A stretch of DNA of 64,000 nucleotides from a virus (Duplodnaviria > Caudoviricetes): IMG/VR virus record IMGVR_UViG_3300028628_000004; one strand, given 5' to 3'. The notes below the pieces were generated by a model that did no database searches, had not been told where the DNA came from, and saw only the letters and a list, made by a program, of their open reading frames with translations. Shown piece after piece: positions 55,253 to 64,000 of the stretch. Made by a program: the position numbers and the translations under genes. The first letter of the stretch is position 1. Each line of letters begins with the position of its first letter.

Positions 55253-58200
55253 TTATGCTTCCTCAAATGTATCGTATGTTTTTCTTTCATTTTCCGTTCC
55301 ATCTATTTGATCAACTGGAACATCCGTTATCAAGGTTAGCTTCCAGTCTACAGAACCTTTCCATCCCTCTAATTCTGTATTTATTATAAATGTGGAATCT
55401 GTTTTCTCGCTCCACCATACTTTTATGTTGTCGTTAGGGGTTAGAGATAAGCTATAGTTAGTAATATCAGTTATATAAGATGGCACAGCATCGAAGGTAA
55501 CTGTTACACTTGTTGTACTTCCATCGAAAGTTGCTGTTCCAAATCTTTCAATATTAACTTGCTTAGCTACATCAAATACTATAGCTCCTAGATTTGTATT
55601 ACTTAAGGTGCTATTGCCGTTATCATAGAATGGCGAAATAGTACGTTTCTTGTAATTTGCGTTCAGAGTGTCTTCTGGCATTATTATTGTGCGATTCCAT
55701 TTGAAGGTTGGACCATTTGACATGAATCCCCATGGTCCCTTATTAGATTGCAAGTCCCCGTCTTTGTTGATGGAATATCCGCCACATATAATAGCCTTGT
55801 CAGGATCACCAAAAGCCTTCTGACCGAAGTTATAAGCGGTCAAATCAAAATAATCTTTGTTTGGACCAACTGGAGTATTGAGTATTGGGACGTTTCCTCC
55901 CATACCCACATTATCTTGGAATCTTCTCCACGATGTTCCAACCCATTCTTGATTAGAGACTTCTTCTCTCGTTATTAAACAGTTAGACCCCGGTGAGGAT
56001 ATATCATATCTGTTGAAGTATTTCTCAACATTCGTCTTGTCTTTTATTTCTTCGTCTTTCTTATACTCCTGAATAAAGCTTGTGACCCATTCAGTATACC
56101 CAACGGTTGGATCAACATCTTCAGTAGTTATGTATGTTGCTGGGTTTCCTGAAATGTCGAAGCTATAAACACATGTTGCCCATGTGGACTCAGGAACGAA
56201 TATGGTCGAAGGTGCCTTACAGAAACTTACATTATCAATCTCGGATGGGTTGTTAAGAAGAGCAGTCTGGACAAGTGGAGTGTCAATATAATCGTCCATG
56301 TTGAAATGGAACTCGTCATATCTAACAATTGCTGGTACATTTTCATATACATCGTTTGTTAGATCGTCAACCTTAATAGAAGCGACTATTACCGAGTAAG
56401 AAATTATTCTCCTTGATATATCAACTCTTAGATCAGATGCTTTGTAGTTGAACCAGATTCTTCCTTCTTGGAAGGTGGACCATAGTGACACTCCCCATTT
56501 AGTGTCACATCCAGCAGCAAGCCATGCGTTGAAGTTAGATCTTCCAAATGGACCGTTGCCCCACGATTCTAGATTTCTCGTTACCCATTCATCGTGGATA
56601 TGTTCTGTCCACGGAGGTAGAGTCGATTCATCTGTGCCAAGGCATACATCGCAGTCAATACATTCATTGTCTTTATCTGTTGCTATAACAAATTCTTGAA
56701 CTTTATCCAAGTCCCCGCTTATGTTATTGTACCATGGCAAAACATATACTGTTGGATCTTTAACAATAGCAACTTGCTGATCCATATAGTCGCTGGTATC
56801 AGAGTTATTGGATATGTACTCGAATATCTTTACATATGCTCCGAAAATATTCTGACTGTTCTTTGTATTAATAAGTTCAATGACAGCTTCTCTATTTCTT
56901 GTGGATTTATTATTAGCTAATGTTCCCGAAGTATTAAGCCCATTTGCTTGTGGGTAATTATTAAAAGTGTCTTCAGCAATTCTTCTGTTCTCTTTGGCTA
57001 GTACAAGCTTATTGAACTCCGAAAGGTTATCCAAAGGAACCATAACTATAGTATAGTTGTTGACATAGTAATCTTCGGTTATAGTAGACTTCTTTTTATT
57101 ATAAGTGTCCCCGATTGCTACCCAGTAATTTCCTGATATGTCATACATGTCAACCATGGCAGTTGGTCCATGTGTTCCACCATCAGCAAGAACACACCAT
57201 GGGAAGAAGTTTTTTATAGTGTCATATGAAGGATGAACGATAGTAGAGTTATCAACTGTATAGTCAAATGGTTGACCGCTTATACTGAAAGATTTTCCAA
57301 TATCAAAGAATCCTATTCCACTTGACGATAATCCTGCGGCTACTGCCCTTGTTACATATGTCTTACTTGAAGTTACTTTTGTTTTAACTATTTCTGCGCT
57401 CTCACCGTTGACAAGGCTGCTACCATGAATGAAGAAATTAGTTCCGCTGGTTGTATCTGTATCATATGGTATTGACCACATCCAAACAGGTATACTACCA
57501 GATATACTTGCAGCGACAAACATTCCTTCTGGGGATGGGGAGATGTTAAAGTTTGACTTTGTTATGTCACAAAGATTCTTAAAGGAATAGTTATATGTTT
57601 CGGATGGTATAACTGCCGAATCCTTTGTCCATTCATATGATGTTGTGGTTTTGTACTCTGGACCGCCCGATATCCAAACTTGACTATGGTCGTGGAAGTT
57701 TTTGACATTCCAGAGGTCATATTCAACTTCTCTAAACTTAGAGTTTCTTCCAAATAGAGTAAATGCTCCGCTTATAGAGTCAACTGTTGTTAATGCAATA
57801 TCATCTGACGCTGATTCGTCGTATGTTATATAGTAGTCGAATCTTATATTTCCGTTAGCTAATATATGCCTTATTCTAAATATTTCTCTCCAGAATGAAT
57901 CTGTGTAATTGGAGGCAGAAATGGCTACTAGCCTACCAAGGGAATCTACAAACTCATCTCCAGAGATTGACACCGTATCTGCGAATATACACTCAGCCAA
58001 GTATATACTACCAGAGTCGCCCCATGTCCATGCGTAGGTTCCACTCTGGGCATGATTGTCTGTATTGCCGCATATGAGTTCATTCCATGGGAATAGTGCA
58101 GCCCTGTCACGGATCGAACTTCCAGAAATTCCGTCAACCATCACATTGTTTTCATCATTAAACCACATGCTATGGCTGTCATAGGATCTGATAGGATATG

Positions 58201-61200
58201 CCGAAGTGTTGGCTGAGTAGAACCAGTCAGTAAAGCTAATATAGTCTATTCCGTCTATTTCGAATGTTCCTTTATCGAAAGATATGTCAACTATTTCCGA
58301 TAGAATTTCGGGGAGTGGGTAGTATATTATATTTCCAGTCAATGCTGGGGTCATAAACCTACCTACTGATGTAGTTCCAGAGAAACCAGATATCGAAGAA
58401 GCTTCGACTATTTCGCCGTCCCATAGTGTTGATGCAGTTATATCCGCTATCTTGGTGGAGTAAGGATTGTTCCATTGCTCAATAAAACTATCTTTTCTTT
58501 CGCCATAGAATGCCTGGACCAATCCGCCCCTACTTGGCGTAACGTAGAAAGTATATATGTCACCTGATGTTGGGGTGTTATATGTGTGGAAATCGTCGGC
58601 AGATGTTAATGGGGTAAAGTTGTCTGGGTGGAATAGGTTTTCACCCTTTGTTGGTCGGGACCATAGCCACAAGCCACCAGTTGATGGATGTAAACGATAT
58701 CCAGTTGCAGTGTTATATATAACATTTTCTCTACTTGCTAAAGTAAAATTACCAGTTATACCAACAGTTCCCGTCACATCACATAATACGGAATAATCCT
58801 CGTCATATGTACATGCGGCTGAAATGCTTGGAAGGGTGAAGAAGGTTGGCTCTGATATGACTGTAGTTCCGTCTTTAAATACATTAACTTGTAATTGGTC
58901 GCCGGAAATGGAAGTTGCGAATTGCTTAAAGTGACCTGGGTGATATACTTCAGTTTCCCATCTATCAAAGTAAAACGCATCTGGACTCATTGGGTCCATT
59001 TCATAACCATCGCAGCGGAACGGCTTCCATATCCCGTCTTCAAAGATTCCTAGCAGAGAGCCATATTGGTCGAATTCGTGACAGTTATCATAATAATCTG
59101 GACACAATCCATAAGTCGATCCACCGGAAACAGTCCATACATAACCAATAGAGTTCCAAGTAATATCAAGAGAATCAGTAAATTCTTCCGAATAGTGTGC
59201 CGATATCTTACAAATATCCTTTGGGTTTCCTATCTTAAATAGTATGTTATTATTTGCGTCTGTGATTTCCGTTGCAAAATCCGTGTACCTTATCGAACCG
59301 TCTAGAGAACAGAAGGTATCTCGGTGACATACCCCACCGAATATATTTGCAGTGGCGCACCAGTCATCACAGTCATCAAGTTGGCTCTTGATATTAGCCA
59401 ATTCTAAAGATCCATGTAGACCACCCCAAAATATTGCCCATTTTTCATCACCTACTCCACAGTGGTGTGATACATCTTCCGTAATATCCTGTACACGTGT
59501 CCATGCTATATTGTTCCACTCATAGGCATATTTTATTATGGAATCGTTATTATGATTCCAGTAAGTTGGGTTAAAATATCTATCATAGAGGCTTTCTTTT
59601 ACATTCCCCACACCAACACATCCAGATATTGTTGCAGATGTCTTTCCACCAGTTGCTATTCCATGCGTTGCTGTTCCAACGTAGCAGGTTCCAACAGTTT
59701 TAATTGGGTATCGTTTGTTGTTGTCAACATACGAACACTTGGCTACGAGGGAGTTATAGGGCGATATAGTTGAACTTGGGTTGGCATTTTGCTCAGATAT
59801 CATTTCTTGATTGGACTTAAATTTCTGAACATTTGCATAAGAGAAATAAATGAAATTATAATCTAAGTCATTATCGTTGATATCATAGAAAGAAATATTC
59901 GCTGCCGTTGTTCCGTTAAAGCATATTCCACTTGCATTTTTTAATATAGATAATTTAGTCTCTGTATTTGTTGGATCAAGGAAATTATTTACTGAAGATG
60001 TTGTTGTGAAGCATCCCTCAAGACACTTGTCAATTTTTGAAATGAATTGTTTGCCAAAAGTATCTTCTCCGTCCCCGCTACTATCCTTTATTACTTCAAC
60101 ATACGCAGTTCCGGCAACAGAGTGCTTGGAAACGATAGGATCAAGGGATAATAATGACCATGTGAAATCGTATCCTTCTTCATTGGCAATGTAGAAATTG
60201 GAATTAAGCGATACTACAGACGGTGTTAGTGAGGTTATGCTTGGCTCATTTGCGGAAGAATTGACTCCGGTACTGCATCCCCAGGCTGTTATTGCAAACT
60301 CGCTATTTCCTCCACCTATTCCCAACCCTCTACCCACAGGAACATTATTTCTTAAAGACCAAGCTATTCCGTTCCATGTTTCACTGCTAAGTCTATCTCC
60401 CCACAAATAAAAATCTGGCGTAGATGTCGTTGAGTTTGTGACATTATAGTTAAACCCATTCGCAGCAAATCCATCAAGGTAATTTCCACCAACATAATGG
60501 AACGATCTGTTCTCTACCATAAAGGTAGATAGATAGCTATTTCTGCCGAATTCATTGATTAGTTTGTTTATCCATGACAGGTCGATGCCTTCTCTTGTCA
60601 TGACCTCATCAATACCAGTTGTCCAATGGATTGCATCAACAGTATACAAAACGTCTGGTTTCTTTTCAATATCTTCAATTATCGGGTTTACTCTAAACTG
60701 AGGCATAAGCTCATGAACAACACCATCAACATCACCATCATTCTCGTCACACTTTATTTTGAAATTTGTGTTATCACACTTGTCGATGAATACTTTATTG
60801 CAAGAGGTTTGTTCATCGCATGAAAATTCTGAAGGGGTATTTACACCGGAATCAGATTCGACGGTTCCCAAATCACCAACAAAGTGAGCGACTATAGTAT
60901 TTCCAATAAACCCATTAAGTCCATTTTTAGCGTCGGAGTAATCAAGAATCTTGCCAGTTGCTCTGTCTTTTATTCTAATACCAAAATCGACAATCTTATT
61001 ATCGGAATTTAATTCCCATATACTCGAAGCATATGTCATTAACATATGTACGATTGCTCTTTTTCTGTCTTTTATTTTCTTTGTGCGAATAGCCAAAGAT
61101 GCTTCTTGGTCATAAGCCCATGGATTAAATGCCTCAGAGTGAATAACCTGATCTACAGATATCCAACCACCACTAAGATAATCTTCGCTAACTAAGAACC

Positions 61201-61822
61201 CACTATAAGGAGGGAACTGATCTTTTTTGTCGGTATCTTTATATTTTTCATAAAGCTCGTCTTGATACTTCCTTCTGGCTTGCTCATCATTAATGACTTT
61301 ATCGAAAGATAAAAATCCAATGGTCTTTGCGATATTTGAGCATACAAAAGTGTTGAAGTATTTGTAATCTCCAAAACTTACTTGACGAAACTTGACATCG
61401 AATATAGGACCATAATCAGCTATGCGAGAGAAGCTTGAAAGTATCTCCAAATCCCTTACCATTTCCAGAAGGGTAACTTCATCTGATTGTGGGAATGGGC
61501 ACCCAAGAAGATCGTATTTCGTTAAGGTTTGATCTTTAAAAGTTAAAACGCCATTATTAGTATCATAAATGTATTTTGTCGGGGTCGATCCATCATCGTC
61601 CTCTATGAAATTTTTATCAACATTATAAAGTTCTTCTATATTTGTTTTGCCAACGACGCCTTCTCCATTGAATTTATTAACGCTGTTTGCCCATTCGTCA
61701 GATAAAGTTAGACTAGATGTTGCAGTTATAGCCTGTGAATACACTATTCCATCGGCTTCAATAACACCATCATTATTGCCTTTTATTATATGCGCTTCGT
61801 CTGCGAAGAAAAAATTAGTCAT
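55253..61822 (-). CDS. giant (2189 aa) virion/tail fibre-like protein with Kelch-like blades
   Basis: ETWNGIAWS, YEWNNIAWT, EWVGTSW blades with GG; same C-terminal domain as neighbours. Confidence 0.75.
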   Translation of the reverse strand: MTNFFFADEAHIIKGNNDGVIEADGIVYSQAITATSSLTLSDEWANSVNKFNGEGVVGKTNIEELYNVDKNFIEDDDGSTPTKYIYDTNNGVLTFKDQTLTKYDLLGCPFPQSDEVTLLEMVRDLEILSSFSRIADYGPIFDVKFRQVSFGDYKYFNTFVCSNIAKTIGFLSFDKVINDEQARRKYQDELYEKYKDTDKKDQFPPYSGFLVSEDYLSGGWISVDQVIHSEAFNPWAYDQEASLAIRTKKIKDRKRAIVHMLMTYASSIWELNSDNKIVDFGIRIKDRATGKILDYSDAKNGLNGFIGNTIVAHFVGDLGTVESDSGVNTPSEFSCDEQTSCNKVFIDKCDNTNFKIKCDENDGDVDGVVHELMPQFRVNPIIEDIEKKPDVLYTVDAIHWTTGIDEVMTREGIDLSWINKLINEFGRNSYLSTFMVENRSFHYVGGNYLDGFAANGFNYNVTNSTTSTPDFYLWGDRLSSETWNGIAWSLRNNVPVGRGLGIGGGNSEFAITAWGCSTGVNSSANEPSITSLTPSVVSLNSNFYIANEEGYDFTWSLLSLDPIVSKHSVAGTAYVEVIKDSSGDGEDTFGKQFISKIDKCLEGCFTTTSSVNNFLDPTNTETKLSILKNASGICFNGTTAANISFYDINDNDLDYNFIYFSYANVQKFKSNQEMISEQNANPSSTISPYNSLVAKCSYVDNNKRYPIKTVGTCYVGTATHGIATGGKTSATISGCVGVGNVKESLYDRYFNPTYWNHNNDSIIKYAYEWNNIAWTRVQDITEDVSHHCGVGDEKWAIFWGGLHGSLELANIKSQLDDCDDWCATANIFGGVCHRDTFCSLDGSIRYTDFATEITDANNNILFKIGNPKDICKISAHYSEEFTDSLDITWNSIGYVWTVSGGSTYGLCPDYYDNCHEFDQYGSLLGIFEDGIWKPFRCDGYEMDPMSPDAFYFDRWETEVYHPGHFKQFATSISGDQLQVNVFKDGTTVISEPTFFTLPSISAACTYDEDYSVLCDVTGTVGITGNFTLASRENVIYNTATGYRLHPSTGGLWLWSRPTKGENLFHPDNFTPLTSADDFHTYNTPTSGDIYTFYVTPSRGGLVQAFYGERKDSFIEQWNNPYSTKIADITASTLWDGEIVEASSISGFSGTTSVGRFMTPALTGNIIYYPLPEILSEIVDISFDKGTFEIDGIDYISFTDWFYSANTSAYPIRSYDSHSMWFNDENNVMVDGISGSSIRDRAALFPWNELICGNTDNHAQSGTYAWTWGDSGSIYLAECIFADTVSISGDEFVDSLGRLVAISASNYTDSFWREIFRIRHILANGNIRFDYYITYDESASDDIALTTVDSISGAFTLFGRNSKFREVEYDLWNVKNFHDHSQVWISGGPEYKTTTSYEWTKDSAVIPSETYNYSFKNLCDITKSNFNISPSPEGMFVAASISGSIPVWMWSIPYDTDTTSGTNFFIHGSSLVNGESAEIVKTKVTSSKTYVTRAVAAGLSSSGIGFFDIGKSFSISGQPFDYTVDNSTIVHPSYDTIKNFFPWCVLADGGTHGPTAMVDMYDISGNYWVAIGDTYNKKKSTITEDYYVNNYTIVMVPLDNLSEFNKLVLAKENRRIAEDTFNNYPQANGLNTSGTLANNKSTRNREAVIELINTKNSQNIFGAYVKIFEYISNNSDTSDYMDQQVAIVKDPTVYVLPWYNNISGDLDKVQEFVIATDKDNECIDCDVCLGTDESTLPPWTEHIHDEWVTRNLESWGNGPFGRSNFNAWLAAGCDTKWGVSLWSTFQEGRIWFNYKASDLRVDISRRIISYSVIVASIKVDDLTNDVYENVPAIVRYDEFHFNMDDYIDTPLVQTALLNNPSEIDNVSFCKAPSTIFVPESTWATCVYSFDISGNPATYITTEDVDPTVGYTEWVTSFIQEYKKDEEIKDKTNVEKYFNRYDISSPGSNCLITREEVSNQEWVGTSWRRFQDNVGMGGNVPILNTPVGPNKDYFDLTAYNFGQKAFGDPDKAIICGGYSINKDGDLQSNKGPWGFMSNGPTFKWNRTIIMPEDTLNANYKKRTISPFYDNGNSTLSNTNLGAIVFDVAKQVNIERFGTATFDGSTTSVTVTFDAVPSYITDITNYSLSLTPNDNIKVWWSEKTDSTFIINTELEGWKGSVDWKLTLITDVPVDQIDGTENERKTYDTFEEA

Positions 61823-61824
61823 GC

Positions 61825-63159
61825 TTAAACGTTACTCTCATAATTAAATATGTTTGGATATGAAGATGGAACTGGGCATTCTATCGCAGGAGTCTCATTT
61901 GGCAAATCCAAAGCATCAATGGCTTGTTTTGGATTAAATGAGTTTCCTAAAGTCCAATTGATAATATAACCATCTTCGCTTGGTATATCAGAAAGAGAGA
62001 CATAAAAGGAACTTGGGGTAACATCAAAAATACCTTGAACAAACAACTGCGATGAGCTTGTTGGAATAGTTAAAGTTATAATTGGTGTTGATGGATCTTC
62101 GAGAATAGGATGGTCTATCTTATAATTCTTATCGACTTGGTTACAAGCAATTTTACCTTGCACGTTGCTGTATATAGGAACTACATTAACATCTTCCCAA
62201 TTCTTATCTACCGGACTACCAGAAATACCGGCGGTCGTAGTGAATACTGACCCATAAGTGAGAATTTCTCTCATAACATAGTTAAATTGATACCATGTAA
62301 TTACATCGTTTCCTTTGAGGTTATCGCGAGTATCAGAAACCTTATGACCAAGGACGCTTGTTGCTGCTACCTTTGTACAGACATTCTTGAAGTCATAAAA
62401 CTCGTTAATATCTAATCCTTCGAGGTTATATGCTTCGACAGTATTACTATATGGAAGACAAAGACCACCAACGAAAACGCGATCTATATGGAGATATCCA
62501 GTATTCAATGTTCTGAAGATTCTGACTTTGACGCTCTTAGTGTCCCTCGCCGCTCTGAATGGAACATAGACGGTGGTCATGTTAGAATCATAACTGACAT
62601 TGGAATAGTAGGGGTGATTTACCCATTCGCCAACATTACGGAATGCCTGAACATCTTCATTTCCACCAAGTATCTGAATGGCTATTGTTTCGCATACTGA
62701 ATTTGATTCGTCCCATCCTACTTCTTCGGTGGATCCGGCTGCTTTAAGGGCGAATACTAAGTTTTGGTCGCGAAGAGTTTCTGGTATCCATATCTCTCGC
62801 TCAATCCACTTAGGGCGATCCACAGTGAGTGGCGATTGTCCCCTGTAAACAACTCTTGAGTTGGTCCTATCCCAAGTTATTTCATCATCATTGGCTATTT
62901 GAAGATCGTTAAGTGCTTTCCATGTATTGGCTTTTTTATATGTGTCTGCTAATCCACCGTTGTATATAACTCTTCTTCCCTCGCCATCATAGTCCCATAA
63001 ATTTCCATAAACACCAGAAAGCAATGCTTTGTTTCCGTTTAGGAAGTTAAGAATATACTTAATGTTCCCATCCATCTCTGAGAGTGGCTTGTTTATATTT
63101 GTATCATTTACAAACTGAGTTGTATTGACTAGATGTATGTTTTCTGTATAGTTAGGCAT
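61825..63159 (-). CDS. virion/tail-associated protein
   Basis: N.PL.E.D.NI start, beta-rich middle, related C-terminal domain. Confidence 0.65.
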   Translation of the reverse strand: MPNYTENIHLVNTTQFVNDTNINKPLSEMDGNIKYILNFLNGNKALLSGVYGNLWDYDGEGRRVIYNGGLADTYKKANTWKALNDLQIANDDEITWDRTNSRVVYRGQSPLTVDRPKWIEREIWIPETLRDQNLVFALKAAGSTEEVGWDESNSVCETIAIQILGGNEDVQAFRNVGEWVNHPYYSNVSYDSNMTTVYVPFRAARDTKSVKVRIFRTLNTGYLHIDRVFVGGLCLPYSNTVEAYNLEGLDINEFYDFKNVCTKVAATSVLGHKVSDTRDNLKGNDVITWYQFNYVMREILTYGSVFTTTAGISGSPVDKNWEDVNVVPIYSNVQGKIACNQVDKNYKIDHPILEDPSTPIITLTIPTSSSQLFVQGIFDVTPSSFYVSLSDIPSEDGYIINWTLGNSFNPKQAIDALDLPNETPAIECPVPSSYPNIFNYESNV

Positions 63160-63174
63160 CGGAGTTTGTTCCTT

Positions 63175-63927
63175 TTATATCTCTTCCCACCAATTTATAC
63201 CAGTTTTTATGAACATATAGTCAATGACACAAGTGGTTGGGTAACTTGTTCCAATCTTAACCCTATCTGTTCCCTTCTCTATCCAATAGTTATTTATATT
63301 AGTGTCAGATGACAGAATAACAGCATAATCGTCAAGATCCATGTCTGTCGTAATCCCATCCTGTGCCAAGTTAGGTTGAATAATCATCTCGTTATTATAC
63401 CATCCGTTGAGATTTGAATCTGAATTTAGTGTTATATCAAGGGTATCTTTGCCAGGAACTAGGGGGAGACTAGCGGTGGTTAATACTCTTTGACCAGCAT
63501 ATATAGATCCTGGGTTTGATATTCCTGTCATAACTGCCATGTTCTTATGAATTGCTATCCAAGATAGTTCTTCACCCATTGTGAAACTTCCGTTGATTAC
63601 AAATTTAAATGTTTTCTTATCGACCCAAAATAAATTAACATTATTATTGGAAGTGAAGAAAACAAAGTATTCATTAGTGGGGAATGGTGTTTTAAACTTA
63701 ACAACTTGAGATGTTTGCGTTGAGCAAAAATTTATAACACCAGACTTAAACAGTCTTTCATTTAGGTCTTTTACCATAACCCAGTCAAAAACAGTTTCCA
63801 GACCAGAAAACGCCCCGTTTAAAGAAAATTTATTGAAGTCGTCTCGCTGATACCAGCAATTTGTGTTTACGCCTGCGGTAGCTACGATTCCGCCATTTAT
63901 TTTAATGCTATCTATTGGATCTGACAT
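63175..63927 (-). CDS. virion/tail-associated protein with two H-lectin/gp53-like repeats
   Basis: SG.INF...V.F.TPF...Y.VF...N.NL.W.DK...F...SWIAI, repeated. Confidence 0.65.
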   Translation of the reverse strand: MSDPIDSIKINGGIVATAGVNTNCWYQRDDFNKFSLNGAFSGLETVFDWVMVKDLNERLFKSGVINFCSTQTSQVVKFKTPFPTNEYFVFFTSNNNVNLFWVDKKTFKFVINGSFTMGEELSWIAIHKNMAVMTGISNPGSIYAGQRVLTTASLPLVPGKDTLDITLNSDSNLNGWYNNEMIIQPNLAQDGITTDMDLDDYAVILSSDTNINNYWIEKGTDRVKIGTSYPTTCVIDYMFIKTGINWWEEI

Positions 63928-64000
63928 TTTTTATCTCCGTTAGATGGATGTGATACCATCTGATGACTTGTGGTTGTTGTTTGATTCAAGCTTGTACGGA

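Noticed and set aside
1-64000. Stop-codon reassignment
   Set aside because: Recognisable enzymes and the 2189-aa gene are intact in code 11; TAA, TAG and TGA all end genes at sensible points

Overview
Fragment of a large lytic dsDNA (jumbo, T4-like) bacteriophage genome in standard genetic code; no rRNA, CRISPR array or integrase seen. (1) 1-16.2 kb: GC-rich, almost all + strand array of ~55 tiny ORFs. About 38 sigma70-like promoters punctuate it, with a non-canonical 15-16 bp spacer. About 25 make leaderless mRNAs, and the -35 box often supplies the upstream gene's Ala-stop (GCT-TGA-C). A ~350-nt structured non-coding RNA with its own promoter and terminator sits inside (3760-4117). (2) 16.2-17.5 kb: homopolymer-rich non-coding element (origin/terminus candidate) split by an HNH gene. 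(3) 17.6-53.9 kb: AT-richer accessory region. It carries an RNA-repair toolkit (3 RNA ligases, PNK, 2 phosphoesterases, CCA enzyme plus a degenerate paralog), NADAR, ClpS, ClpP, a MoxR/VWA module, nucleotide metabolism genes, a sigma54-type promoter, a family of ORFs sharing a leucine-zipper-like start, and a 110-nt G3.U70 tRNA-like RNA with a long stem-loop in place of the anticodon arm. (4) 53.9-64 kb: - strand virion/tail proteins. Nine perfect TATAAATA T4-type late promoters occur. All calls are from motif recognition by eye; no database searches were run.
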